Shown here one piece after another: positions 40,003 to 49,235 of a stretch of DNA of 64,000 bases. The notes under the pieces are model-generated. The model was not told the origin of the DNA, ran no database searches, and worked only from the letters and a program-made list of their open reading frames with translations. The first letter of the stretch is position 1. Every line of letters starts with the position of its first letter. This stretch comes from Ancylobacter novellus (lineage in GTDB: Bacteria > Pseudomonadota > Alphaproteobacteria > Rhizobiales > Xanthobacteraceae): contig QFQD01000003.1 in NCBI GenBank assembly GCA_003241485.1, positions 47,720-111,719 of the forward strand, written 5' to 3'. The translations under genes and the position numbers were made by a program.

Positions 40003-40585
40003 TCATAGCCAGAAGAGCACGGTTGCCGCGAGGGCTATTGCGGACAGGAAGACGGTCGGACATCGGTCGTAACGGGTGGCGACGCGCCGCCAGTCCTTCA
40101 GCATGCCAAACATGATCTCGATGCGGTTTCGGCGTTTGTATCGGCGCTTGTTGTAGCGGATGGGCTCAGTTCGGGATTTCCGCCCCGGGATGCAGGGCTT
40201 GATGCCCTTGGCCTGCAAGGCGTCTCTGAACCAGTCCGCGTCATAACCCCGGTCGCCCAGCAGCCACTGCGCCCTGGGCAGATTGTCCAGCAGGGCTGCA
40301 GCGCCGGTGTAGTCGCTGACCTGGCCTGTCGTCATGAACAGGGTAATCGGGCGTCCATTCGCATCGGTCACGGTGTGAAGCTTGGTGTTCATGCCGCCTT
40401 TGGTGCGCCCGATCAGTCGCCCAATGTCCCCCTTTTTACCCGCAGGCTCGAAGCCGTGCGGTGCGCCTTCAGATAGGTCGCGTCGATCATAACCGTGCGG
40501 TGCTCGGCCTGTGGGTTGGACAGGCCCTCCATCATCCGGACGAAGACGCCTGTACGTCGCCGACATTGAGATATTCAAGCGTCGC
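40003..40585 (-). mobile_element. Truncated and frameshifted IS5-family (IS427/IS1031-like) transposase remnant
   Basis: DDE C-terminal region: LIGRTKGGMNTKLHTVTDANGRP...GQVSDYTGAAALL...LLGDRGYDADWFRDAL...RNRIEIMFGMLKDWRRVATRYDRC. The upstream segment MIDATYLKAHRTASSLRVK is in another frame, with a shift in the A/G homopolymer run near 40428-40440. The first ~60-70 codons of orfA are missing. Confidence 0.75.
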
Positions 40586-40955
40586 AATGCCGCGCCGTTG
40601 ACCCGCGATTACATCCAGAACTGGGAGCGATTGCACAGGGGCGATGCGGCGGATGTCAATGCGCCTGTTCAATCTGTTTCCTATCCAGCGAAATGCGGAG
40701 GCCTTGCACGGTGAGGCTCGCCGTAAGTCGAAATTCATGTTCGTACTGCGTTGGCCGCCGGCGATTTGCTTGATGACCGCCCGGTTCCCGGCGAAGGGGC
40801 ACAGATTTTGAAAGACCCTCCGACAGCACCCTTCGCATTCGGTCTCGCCGTGCTGGTGCTCGTGGTGCTGCGGCTCATCGCGCGGCTGGGCGGGAACGCT
40901 CCTCGGCTCTCTACCCGCGTTGGGACCAAGCCAGACGGTCCGGAACCCTTGCGTC

Positions 40956-41330
40956 CTAGCAGCCATGTCGGTGGCGGTGGGGATGCTCGTCGTCACGCTG
41001 GTTATCGATCGGTTGACCCGAAGCGGCTATCCCGGTCACATACTTTTCGGGAGCGGCCTCGAACACCTCCCGGTTTTCGCGGGACGCGAAATAATAGGCA
41101 CGGTCCCGATACACCGAAGATATCGAGGAGCTGCCGCTGACGGGCTGTCGGCTTACGGGATCAATGACCGATCGCGGACCGGCGCCAACGTCGGATGGTG
41201 GGCCATCTTGCGCGGTTCCGTGGCTGTGGTGTGCCGATCGGCCCATTCCGCGGCCGCCCATGCGGGTCATGAAGAAAAATGCGGCTATCGCAAGTACGAT
41301 CCAGATCCAGTTCTGGAAGCTCCAATCCAT
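40956..41330 (-). CDS. YHS-domain (TRASH-type) protein with an N-terminal TM helix and His-rich segments
   Basis: AGGAGG RBS before the ATG at 41330. TM helix NWIWIVLAIAAFFFM and YHS core VIDPVSRQPV...YRDRAYYFASRENREVFEAAPEKY. C-terminal HPHRHRHGC. TAG stop. Confidence 0.75.
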   Translation of the reverse strand: MDWSFQNWIWIVLAIAAFFFMTRMGGRGMGRSAHHSHGTAQDGPPSDVGAGPRSVIDPVSRQPVSGSSSISSVYRDRAYYFASRENREVFEAAPEKYVTGIAASGQPIDNQRDDEHPHRHRHGC

Positions 41331-41384
41331 GTCTGCCTCCTGTCGATTGAGGCGATGAGGAAAGCTGAAATTGCAGTGAAAGCT

Positions 41385-41398
41385 TTGCGGCAGGTTAA
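41385..41398. promoter_or_regulatory. Fnr/FixK-like dyad variant TTGCG-GCAG-GTTAA (followed by AG; weaker left half)
   Basis: Intergenic, centre about 61 nt upstream of the YHS-protein ATG (minus strand). Confidence 0.35.
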
Positions 41399-41753
41399 AG
41401 ATCGCCACTTGCGCCGCGCGAGGCGCCGAAACAAATCGCAGCGCGCCCTGAGGGATCTTGAATCCGCGGTCTCGCGGTTGTCTCGGCGCTCCCGATCCGT
41501 GATGCGATCTTGCATCATAGGGAGCCTGCAGGCGCGGCCAGCACCGATGCGTCTAGCGCAAATCGGGGATCGGGATCGTCCATATGCGCTGGCATTGAGC
41601 TATTGTGGAGTAGATATTCTTAGTAGTGGAGATGCATCCGTTCCATTTGAACGACACGCTGCGGATTCATCCCCTTGGCCGCATAGTCACAAATGGCAGA
41701 GCCCCGTTCATCGACATGACCGACGCGATCGATCGATCACGTCCAGATCGTGA

Positions 41754-42218
41754 TTACTTGAGTCGCTCTTCAAATTCCGCCTTGATGTCCTGCGTCCGAT
41801 CCCGCAGGCGAATTGTCAGGTTGATCCGAAACGGTCCGCTACCGAGCATTTCAAAGTAGTTGCCATAAGTTTCGGCACCGGCGATCTGCATCGGACTAAG
41901 GGTCTTCTGGCTCCCGGCAAGGCCAATTTCGGAGACGCGAGCCGAGACGTCTGCGCCGGTGAGGCGGAGCCCGGTCCTGACGTCGAAGAGTGCAGCAACG
42001 ATATGGAATTCCCCGCGGGCGGCGGGCCGCCCGCCATGCATGGAATTCTCCGTGTGGCCTGGCGGATGACCGCGGATCAATTCCGCCGGCAGGATTCCCA
42101 TATAGATCTGGACATCGCCGACGACCCTGCTGTCGCCGCTAGGGGCCGCTGCCGCGGTATGGGCCAATCCAGAAAGCAGAAGGAGGCTCAGCGCCACTCC
42201 GACACTCCTTGCTCGCAT
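41754..42218 (-). CDS. Secreted protein of unknown function (possibly a P19/cupredoxin-like periplasmic metal-binding fold)
   Basis: GGGAGGG RBS. Signal peptide MRARSVGVALSLLLLSGLAHTAAA. Beta-rich mature part with HPPGHTENSMHGG and HIVAALFD. The family assignment is tentative. Confidence 0.6.
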   Translation of the reverse strand: MRARSVGVALSLLLLSGLAHTAAAAPSGDSRVVGDVQIYMGILPAELIRGHPPGHTENSMHGGRPAARGEFHIVAALFDVRTGLRLTGADVSARVSEIGLAGSQKTLSPMQIAGAETYGNYFEMLGSGPFRINLTIRLRDRTQDIKAEFEERLK

Positions 42219-42375
42219 GGTCGTAAGCCCTCCCACCTCTGGCCAAAGCCCTACGACGGCGTGCGAAGCACCGACGGGGGGCGCTCCGTTCCGAACCCGC
42301 CGCGATAGCAGCCCGCCGCAGCCAAAAAGGCTGACATCCAAGAGGAATTCATAACGAGGGTCGGCAGAGGAAAGC

Positions 42376-42389
42376 TTGATCTGCGTTAA
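42376..42389. promoter_or_regulatory. Fnr/FixK-like dyad variant TTGAT-CTGC-GTTAA (followed by AG)
   Basis: Lies in the divergent intergenic region between the secreted protein (start 42218) and the ECF sigma factor (start 42488). Confidence 0.5.
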
Positions 42390-42487
42390 AGAACGCGGGT
42401 GGGCGTGGCCGTAACGTCAAATCCTGTCTGGTTCTGGTAGGGACAGTTCAAGAAGACGTCTCAACCATTGAAAGAGTGGGCTGGGCG

Positions 42488-43168
42488 ATGACCGATAGGC
42501 ATGAAGCGGATGCCCGGCATTCGGAAGATGATACGGAAGGACAGGAAGCCGCAAAGCCGGCGGACGCGGCTGTACGACGAGCGCTTGTTGAGGCACGCGA
42601 AGAATTTCTGGTCTTTCTGCATCATCGGGTAGGCAGCCGGGACGAGGCCGAAGAGTTGTTGCAGCAGTTCTCGCTTCGGGCGCTTGAGCGCGCTTGGCAG
42701 TTGCGGGACGTCCGCACGGTTCGCGGTTGGCTCGGGCGCATTCTGGCGACCACCCTCGTCGATCACCAGCGACGCACCATCAGACGCCGTCGCCAGGAGG
42801 TCGAGATGGACCAGCCGGATGTGGAGAGCCTGCCGATCGAGCCGGATCGAGAAACTGACGAGGCCGTCTGCAACTGCTTGCATAAGCTGTTACCGACGCT
42901 CAAGCCCGAGTATGCTGACGTCGTCTGGCGCTCCGACATTCTTGGCGAGCCGCGTGATCGGATCGCCGCCAGCCTCGGCACCACGCTCAACAACATCGCG
43001 GTCAGGCTCCACAGGGGGCGTCAGGCGCTCCGCAAGAGGCTCGAGGAAATGTGCCTGACCTGTCCGGTCCACGGCTTTCTCGATTGCCGATGCGATGAGG
43101 CCGAGCGCATTCGCCAACGAGCTCGCGGTCTCGCCGACGAAACCAAGTCGCCGCCCCGGGACGGATGA
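42488..43168 (+). CDS. ECF-type sigma-70 family factor with a Cys-rich C-terminal extension (CorE-like architecture)
   Basis: The sigma-2 region (EELLQQFSLRALE..WLGRILATTLVDHQRR) and sigma-4 region (YADVVWRSDILGEPRDRIAASLGTTLNNIAVRLHRGRQALRKRL) are followed by CLTCPVHGFLDCRCD. An additional CNC sits before sigma-4. GAAAGAG RBS before ATG 42488. Confidence 0.8.
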   Translation: MTDRHEADARHSEDDTEGQEAAKPADAAVRRALVEAREEFLVFLHHRVGSRDEAEELLQQFSLRALERAWQLRDVRTVRGWLGRILATTLVDHQRRTIRRRRQEVEMDQPDVESLPIEPDRETDEAVCNCLHKLLPTLKPEYADVVWRSDILGEPRDRIAASLGTTLNNIAVRLHRGRQALRKRLEEMCLTCPVHGFLDCRCDEAERIRQRARGLADETKSPPRDG

Positions 43169-43183
43169 ATGCAATGAACACCG

Positions 43184-43393
43184 ATGAATGCTGTCGCGCC
43201 CGGCTGCATCGCAACGGGCACGCTTGATGCCATGTCTGAAGACACTCTTGCAAAGATCGAGGGGCAAATCCCTGTCGGGTGGCAGGGCAATGCCGACGAG
43301 GTCGCACGCATCGTCCAGTTCCTGGTGAGCGGGGAGGCCACGTTCGTCACGGGCTCGAAGGTCACCGCCAATGGCGGCCTGTTGATGGCATAG
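43184..43393 (+). pseudogene. C-terminal remnant of a short-chain dehydrogenase/reductase (acetoacetyl-CoA or 3-oxoacyl-ACP reductase-like)
   Basis: NAVAPGCIATG...IPVGWQGNADEVARIVQFLVSGEATFVTGSKVTANGGLLM matches only the last ~70 residues of SDRs. An in-frame TGA lies 2 codons upstream and there is no Rossmann part. Confidence 0.65.
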
Positions 43394-43421
43394 CGCTCCC
43401 GGAAATAGAAAGGACATTCAC

Positions 43422-44609
43422 ATGGCACAGTCGAACGTCGTGCTCTGCGCCCCGGTGCGGACGGCCATCGGCACGTATGGCGGAACGCTGAAGGACATAG
43501 CGGCACCCGATCTCGGGGCGGTGGTGATCAGGGAAATATTGTCGCGCGCGAAGATCGCAGATGACGCGATCGGCACCGTGGTGATGGGGCAGGTCGTCCA
43601 GGCCGGCGCCAAGATGAACCCCGCGCGGCAGGCGGCCATCAAGGCCGGCATTCCGGTCGGCGTTCCGGCGATGACCATAAACCGGGTGTGTGGCTCGGGT
43701 GCACAAGCGATCGCGACCGCTGCGCAGGAGATCATGCTCGGCCTCGCCGAGAGTGCCATCGCCGGTGGCATGGAGAACATGGACCAATCGCCCTACCTGA
43801 TGTCCGGCGGACGGTGGGGCTACCGCATGGGCGATGCCCAGATCTACGACAGCATGCTGCGCGACGGCCTCAACGACGCCTTTTCCGATCACCATTCGGG
43901 CTTGGTGACCGAGGATCTCGTCAGCAAGTTCCAGGTGACGCGCGAGGCGCAGGACCGCTGGGCGGAGCGGACGCAGCAACGCTTTGGCGCGGCTCAGGCG
44001 GCCGGCAAGTTCAATGCCGAGATCGCGCCGATCGAAATCCCCGGCCGCAAGGGACCGACGATCTTCGACAAAGACGAGCACAACCGCCCGGACGCGACGC
44101 TGGAGTCACTGGCCAAGTTAAGGCCGGCCTTCCGCAAGGATGGGACCATTACCGCCGGCAATGCACCGGGCCTCAACAGTGGCGCCGCGGGGGTGATCGT
44201 CGCGGATGCCCGCTGGGCCGAGAAGCACGGCCTGACGCCGATAGCCCGTCTTGCGGCGTTTGGGGTCGGCGCGGTCGAACCCGGCCTGTTCGGTCTCGGG
44301 CCGGTTCCCGCGGTTCGGCAGGCCCTGGATCGCGCTGGCTGGAAGCTCGGCGACGTCGAGCGCGTGGAGATCAACGAGGCCTTCGCGGCGATTGTCCTGG
44401 CGCTCATCGGGGAGCTCGGTCTCCCGGAGGACATCGTCAATGTCGAGGGCGGCGCCATCGCGCATGGCCATCCGATTGGTGCGACAGGGGCCGTGCTGAC
44501 GACCCGCCTCCTTCACGCGATGCAGCGGGACGGTCTCCGCCGCGGATTGGTGACGCTGTGCATCGGGGGCGGTCAGGGGGTCGCGTTGGCGCTTGAGGCT
44601 CTCCACTGA
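43422..44609 (+). CDS. Acetyl-CoA C-acetyltransferase (thiolase II)
   Basis: 395 aa. NRVCGSGAQAI (active-site Cys), NEAFAA, GGAIAHGHPIGATG, CIGGGQGVA. Confidence 0.92.
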   Translation: MAQSNVVLCAPVRTAIGTYGGTLKDIAAPDLGAVVIREILSRAKIADDAIGTVVMGQVVQAGAKMNPARQAAIKAGIPVGVPAMTINRVCGSGAQAIATAAQEIMLGLAESAIAGGMENMDQSPYLMSGGRWGYRMGDAQIYDSMLRDGLNDAFSDHHSGLVTEDLVSKFQVTREAQDRWAERTQQRFGAAQAAGKFNAEIAPIEIPGRKGPTIFDKDEHNRPDATLESLAKLRPAFRKDGTITAGNAPGLNSGAAGVIVADARWAEKHGLTPIARLAAFGVGAVEPGLFGLGPVPAVRQALDRAGWKLGDVERVEINEAFAAIVLALIGELGLPEDIVNVEGGAIAHGHPIGATGAVLTTRLLHAMQRDGLRRGLVTLCIGGGQGVALALEALH

Positions 44610-44687
44610 CCGCGAGAGCTTAAAAAGCGACCAGTAAATCGAACGCCGCATTCCTGAAACGGAAACCAAACAATGACGGAGAGAGAA

Positions 44688-45125
44688 ATGGCCACGAAGA
44701 ATGAGACGCCAGTTGGTTTCGATCGCGTGAACGCGGTATTCGCATGGTGGGGACTGTCGGGCGCCGACAATACCGGTAAGCTCGACGGTCAGTTCAAACG
44801 GTTCCAGGCATTCACGTCCGATCTGCAGAAGGCCTATGGCGAGACATACAATGCTCAGGTGAGTACTCTCCTTGGCGCCAATGAGCGTATCGGACGCTCG
44901 CTTCTGGAATTCGTTCGCTGCCGGCGGCCGCAGGACGTGGTCGCTGCAGAATCGAGCGTCATGGCGGCGATCCTGGAAGAGACGTCGCTGCAGACGAAGA
45001 CCTGGCTCGAACTCTCGCAGAAGGTCCAGGAATGCTGCGCAAACATGGCGCGAGAGTTCGCAAGCGAGATTCGTCAGCGGGAAAATGAAACCCCTGATGT
45101 CAGAGGCAGCGTCAAGGCTTCTTAG
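44688..45125 (+). CDS. Hypothetical helical protein (possibly phasin-like)
   Basis: GGAGAGAG RBS before ATG 44688. About 145 aa, predicted helical, located between the thiolase and the DUF3141 protein. The family is not firmly recognised. Confidence 0.5.
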   Translation: MATKNETPVGFDRVNAVFAWWGLSGADNTGKLDGQFKRFQAFTSDLQKAYGETYNAQVSTLLGANERIGRSLLEFVRCRRPQDVVAAESSVMAAILEETSLQTKTWLELSQKVQECCANMAREFASEIRQRENETPDVRGSVKAS

Positions 45126-45237
45126 CCGCACATTGGGTTGAAGAGCGGTCCCCGGGGTCTTGTCGAGACCTTGGTGAACAGCTGGCACAGCAGCCTGATT
45201 TCTGACCGCTGTTCAACGTCCTCGCCCTAAAGATCGG

Positions 45238-47073
45238 ATGATGGAGATGGTGATGCCCGAAGCAAGATCGGATTCCGCGCTGATTGACCAGCCGAAGGCG
45301 TCGCCGGGGCGGCAAATTGCTGATCGGCGGGATGTCGTGGCGCCCTCTCTGGTGAAAAGCTTGGAACCGGCCATTGTGGCGAATCCAGCTGAACCGACGA
45401 TCAACATCAATGATCCCTTCGCGTATCAGCGGGATGTCTTCGAACGGTCGATTCTGTTTTGGGATACGCTGCGCCAGCGCGCCAACAACATGATCGCGCA
45501 CGAGCGGGCCGGGAAACCGCCGCTTCTCGACTTCGACTATGAGACGCTGGTCGATGCCCGGCACTTCGAGCGGCCCGTCAACTACGCCCTCCTGCGGATT
45601 ACCCGGATCGGCGACGATTGCATCGAGGATTGTGTCGATCCGGCGAAGCCGCCCGTCGTCATCCTCGACCCCAGAGCCGGCCATGGCCCCGGCATCGGCG
45701 GCTTCAAGCGCGACTCCGAGGTTGGGATTGCCATGCACGAGGGCTATCCGATCTATTTCGTTTCCTTCTTTCCTGAACCCTGCGCGGGTCAGACCCTGGC
45801 CGATGTGCTGCATGCGCTCGGCCGCTTCGTCGAGGACGTGGTGAAACGCCACCCCGACAAGCCTCCTGTACTCTATGGCAATTGTCAGGCCGGCTGGGCT
45901 ATCACCTTGCTCTCGGCGGATTGCGAAGGCCTAGTCGGGCCAGCCGTGCTCAACGGCTCTCCACTCTCCTATTGGGCGGGAGAATCGGGCGTCAATCCGA
46001 TGCGGATCGCCGGCGGGCTGCTCGGAGGCGTCTGGGCCACCCACCTCCTTGCCGATCTCAATGACGGGCGCTTGGACGGAGCGTGGCTCGCCTTCAATTT
46101 CGAGAGCCTTCAGCCCGAAGCCGTCTGGAAGAAATACGCCAACCTGTTCACGCATGTTGACACGGAACGCGAGCGCTTCCTCGAGTTCGAGCGGTGGTGG
46201 AATGGCTTCTACTTCCTCAGCCGGGAAGAGATCGTCGCCATCGTCGAGAACCTCTTCATCGGCAATCGCCTTGAGGAGGGCAAGATGCGGATCTGCGACG
46301 GGTGCGTCGCCGACCTTCGGCGCATTCGTAATCCGCTGGTGATCTTCGCCTCCTATGGCGACAACATCACCCCGCCGCACCAGGCGCTCGGCTGGATTCC
46401 GGTGGTGTACAAGGATACCGACGATCTCAAGGCCGCCGGTCAGCGCATCGTCTACCTGACGAACCCTCATGCCGGCCATCTTGGCATTTTCGTGTCTGCC
46501 AAGGTGGCGAGGTTCGAACATCGCGCGATCCTCGAAAGCCTTGACGAGATCGAGACTCTCGCTCCCGGCCTCTATGAGATGAAGATCGACAATCCGAGCG
46601 GAGATCCAGACTGCCGCAAGTCGGAATACTCGGTCCTGTTCGAAGAGCGGCGTGTCGAAAATCTACAGTTCGAAACGCCCCGCGCGGAGTTCGAGCAGGT
46701 TCGGCACCTATCGGAGGTGAACGAGCAATTCTACAAGACCATGGTCAGCCCGTTCGTTCGCGGGGCCTCCAATCCCTGGACGGCGGCAACGCTCGAATGG
46801 CTCCATCCCATGCGCACGAGCCGCTACCTGCTGTCGGAATCCTTTAGTCCATGGATGCATGGCGTCGCTGCGCTCGCGCGCCTGATCGAGCAGCGCCGCC
46901 AGCCGCTGCCCGAGGACGATGGCAATCTGCGTCGTGAGCGGGAGGCGATTGACCGTGTCTCCGAGGCGATTGAAAACGGCCGCAGACAACGCGACACGGT
47001 GGAAGAGCGGGTCTTTCAGGCGCTTTACGATCGGCCCGCCTCGGCGCGGCCATCGACGCCACCGGCGGTATAG
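45238..47073 (+). CDS. DUF3141-like alpha/beta-hydrolase-fold protein (a family sometimes annotated as PHA-synthase-like)
   Basis: 611 aa. N-terminal YQRDVFERSILFWDTLRQRANNMIAHE and ERPVNYALLRI match my recollection of DUF3141. GNCQAGW is a nucleophile-elbow-like motif. The start is ambiguous among four ATGs at 45238-45253. Confidence 0.7.
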   Translation: MMEMVMPEARSDSALIDQPKASPGRQIADRRDVVAPSLVKSLEPAIVANPAEPTININDPFAYQRDVFERSILFWDTLRQRANNMIAHERAGKPPLLDFDYETLVDARHFERPVNYALLRITRIGDDCIEDCVDPAKPPVVILDPRAGHGPGIGGFKRDSEVGIAMHEGYPIYFVSFFPEPCAGQTLADVLHALGRFVEDVVKRHPDKPPVLYGNCQAGWAITLLSADCEGLVGPAVLNGSPLSYWAGESGVNPMRIAGGLLGGVWATHLLADLNDGRLDGAWLAFNFESLQPEAVWKKYANLFTHVDTERERFLEFERWWNGFYFLSREEIVAIVENLFIGNRLEEGKMRICDGCVADLRRIRNPLVIFASYGDNITPPHQALGWIPVVYKDTDDLKAAGQRIVYLTNPHAGHLGIFVSAKVARFEHRAILESLDEIETLAPGLYEMKIDNPSGDPDCRKSEYSVLFEERRVENLQFETPRAEFEQVRHLSEVNEQFYKTMVSPFVRGASNPWTAATLEWLHPMRTSRYLLSESFSPWMHGVAALARLIEQRRQPLPEDDGNLRREREAIDRVSEAIENGRRQRDTVEERVFQALYDRPASARPSTPPAV

Positions 47074-47469
47074 GCTCGACACCATCGTCGTACGCCAAAG
47101 CAGGTTGGTGCGATTGAGCATTCGGCGAGAGGAGACGGCGCTGGGCTCCGAAAGGGTCACTTTCGCTGACGTCACCAAGAGCAGGACTTGCAGACCGGAG
47201 AGACGGTTCGCGTCGGGATCATGCCGGACAAGTCCGGCAAATTCGGCCGCGCGGTGGGGATGTTCAAGGGGAGCGTCGTCGTGGCGTAAGATCGCATCTT
47301 GGGCGCAAGCGCGACGGGTGAGGCCGCAGCCCAAGGGTCGGTGGCGACGAAAAATCAGCGGTTGTGTTTGCACGACAATGGAGCCGAAGGAGTGGGACGC
47401 GCCAGCACAAAATAGCGCTCGGATCCCCCTCTGCGCGCTCCATTCCGTAGTGTCTCTGCCGATCACCCA

Positions 47470-48231
47470 TCAGCGGATCCAGGACATCACAAGTTGTGGA
47501 TCAAGACCTGCTACGTCGACGAGTTTGTCCGGATCGAGGATTCGGAGCCGTCGATAGTGGAATTCCAAGATTCTATCCCTTCGCAGATCCCTCAGCACCC
47601 GATTGACATGGACGAAGGTCAGACCCGTTGCATCTCCGATATCTTCTTGGGTCAGCGGAAGATGCATTTCCTCAATATGACTGCCCGGCCATTGCGCGCG
47701 GTAGCGGACGAACAGCTTGAGCAGCAGGTGCGCAACGCGCTCGCGCGCTGAATGCCGACCAATGCTGGTAAGGCGATCGTAGGCCAAGGTGCAATCCCGC
47801 GCGACGAGCCGGGCAAGCCGCAAACCGAACTCGGGCTGCTGGTTGACAATCGGCTGTAGGGCCTTATGCGGAATTGTGCTGACGACGATCTCTGTCAGAG
47901 CTTGCGCGCCATATGTCATCATCGCACCGCTGCCCGGATGGAAGCCGAGCACGGCGCCCGGCAATGCGAAGTGCAATATCTGCCGCCGTCCGTCTTCCAA
48001 TAAATTGTAAAGAATGACCCATCCTTCGAGAAGATTGTATATCGTATCGCACGGCTCACCGAGGCTGAAGAGATCCTGGCCAACCTTGTAGTGTCTATCG
48101 GCAGATGTGTAATTTGCGATCACACATGGCGAGTCCGACTGGCAATCCCCGCACAAGCCCCGGCTAAGCCGGGCGAAGCAAGCTTCACAACCCGGTAGCT
48201 GCTTCGATGTGCCACTCCCCGGTATCGGCAT
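47470..48231 (-). CDS. Crp/Fnr-family transcriptional regulator with an N-terminal Cys cluster (FnrN-type candidate O2 sensor)
   Basis: Strong GGAGAGGAA RBS 7 nt before ATG 48231. N-terminal C-x2-C-x9-C-x2-C-x5-C, a cNMP-like beta-roll, and the C-terminal HTH LTQEDIGDATGLTFVHVNRVLRDL. Confidence 0.85.
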   Translation of the reverse strand: MPIPGSGTSKQLPGCEACFARLSRGLCGDCQSDSPCVIANYTSADRHYKVGQDLFSLGEPCDTIYNLLEGWVILYNLLEDGRRQILHFALPGAVLGFHPGSGAMMTYGAQALTEIVVSTIPHKALQPIVNQQPEFGLRLARLVARDCTLAYDRLTSIGRHSARERVAHLLLKLFVRYRAQWPGSHIEEMHLPLTQEDIGDATGLTFVHVNRVLRDLRRDRILEFHYRRLRILDPDKLVDVAGLDPQLVMSWIR

Positions 48232-48572
48232 ACGGGCGTTCCTCTCCGCATCACTGATTGTGTTTGCGGCTCCCCGGGGACCTGGGGACCGGAGCACCCC
48301 GGCTTGCGGACCTTGATATCGGCCATGGGCATGATCCCGCGACGCATGGATAGTGTTCTCCAAATAAGACGCTTGGCTCGGAGTCATATTACAGTCCTCG
48401 ATCCGGTCGGTTTCACCTTGAGGGTTGAATCCATCTGACCAGGTCGCCCGGCTCAGCCGGCCGCGTTGGCGGCACGGCGCCAGCAGGAATTGATCCATCA
48501 AGCCGTGCTCCCGGTGCACGCGAGGCGTGAACCGTTTGCGGCTGGATCGTTACCGCTGGTCCGATTGACCCG

Positions 48573-48938
48573 CTAGGTCGAGCGCCGAGGAACTGGGGGA
48601 TCGAGTCCGGGGATGACTGAGCCTGGGTCGGCTTCTTCGGACGACATCCCCGCTGAGGAGTGCTCGAAGGCATTGGCCGGGAGGCTGTTCGGCAGGGGAG
48701 CCAAGGTCGTTGAGCAGGCCGCAGGGCAGAAGCATGCACTCATCGCACAGCAGGGCTTGTCCGACTTTGGACATTCTGGGCAATCATCGCATGCCACACT
48801 GTGAGGCCGAAGATCCGAAGCGCTCAGGACCACCATGGACGCATCGGCTGTGATCACCGCTGCCTCGGCCATGCTCCGCCCGTTCAGCGTCGCGAAGATC
48901 GCCGTGGCAAAGATGAGCATCGCGAGGAACCGCAGCAT
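48573..48938 (-). CDS. Secreted Cys-rich protein of unknown function (9 Cys in 28 residues)
   Basis: GGAAAGAGG RBS. Signal peptide MLRFLAMLIFATAIFATLNGRSMAEA. Core CDDCPECPKSDKPCCAMSACFCPAAC, then a Pro/Ser-rich tail. TAG stop. I recognise no family. Confidence 0.55.
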   Translation of the reverse strand: MLRFLAMLIFATAIFATLNGRSMAEAAVITADASMVVLSASDLRPHSVACDDCPECPKSDKPCCAMSACFCPAACSTTLAPLPNSLPANAFEHSSAGMSSEEADPGSVIPGLDPPVPRRST

Positions 48939-49036
48939 CCGCCTCTTTCCACGAAGGCCTGAGCCGCTAGATACCACACGGCCCGTAGCTACCAATTAGC
49001 CCGGCGGAAACCTACACGGGGAAAGGCCCGGCGAGA

Positions 49037-49050
49037 TTGATTGAAAACAA
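49037..49050. promoter_or_regulatory. Fnr/FixK-like dyad TTGAT-TGAA-AACAA
   Basis: Lies in the divergent intergenic region, centre about 105 nt upstream of the Cys-rich protein ATG (minus strand). Confidence 0.45.
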
Positions 49051-49159
49051 GTAGCGGGTGGTGCGCATCGACCGCCCGGAATCCTGTGCGCGGGCGGGTT
49101 TCCGGCCGCCCGCCCGACAATTGGCGGAAGATGTGGTGCCGTGCCGCCCGCGCGAAAGT

Positions 49160-49173
49160 TTGATCGAGTTTAA
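49160..49173. promoter_or_regulatory. Fnr/FixK-like dyad variant TTGAT-CGAG-TTTAA (followed by AG)
   Basis: Centre about 69 nt upstream of the NifX-like ATG at 49236. It shares the CGAG spacer with the site at 34006. Confidence 0.5.
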
Positions 49174-49235
49174 AGTCCGATATGTTTGCCGGCCGCATAA
49201 TTCGATGGCGTCGCTGGTGTTCAAACGAGGAACCG

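Noticed and set aside
40532-40996. A 154-aa minus-strand ORF containing HHEHQHGETECEGCC, between the IS5 remnant and the YHS gene. A possible cytochrome b561-like TM fragment lies on the plus strand around 40770-40920.
   Set aside because: The ORF overlaps the IS remnant and the YHS gene end and has no RBS. The His/Cys patch is short. The plus-strand TM-like stretch is too short to call. This is probably degraded filler between remnants.
48232-48519. N-terminal extension of the Crp/Fnr ORF (349-aa version), and the TTGAT-CC-ATCAA element at 48490-48501 within it
   Set aside because: A strong RBS precedes ATG 48231, and the extension has no Crp-family similarity. The two perfect Fnr half-sites are separated by 2 nt instead of 4. 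I therefore did not count this as a box, although it could still matter for autoregulation.
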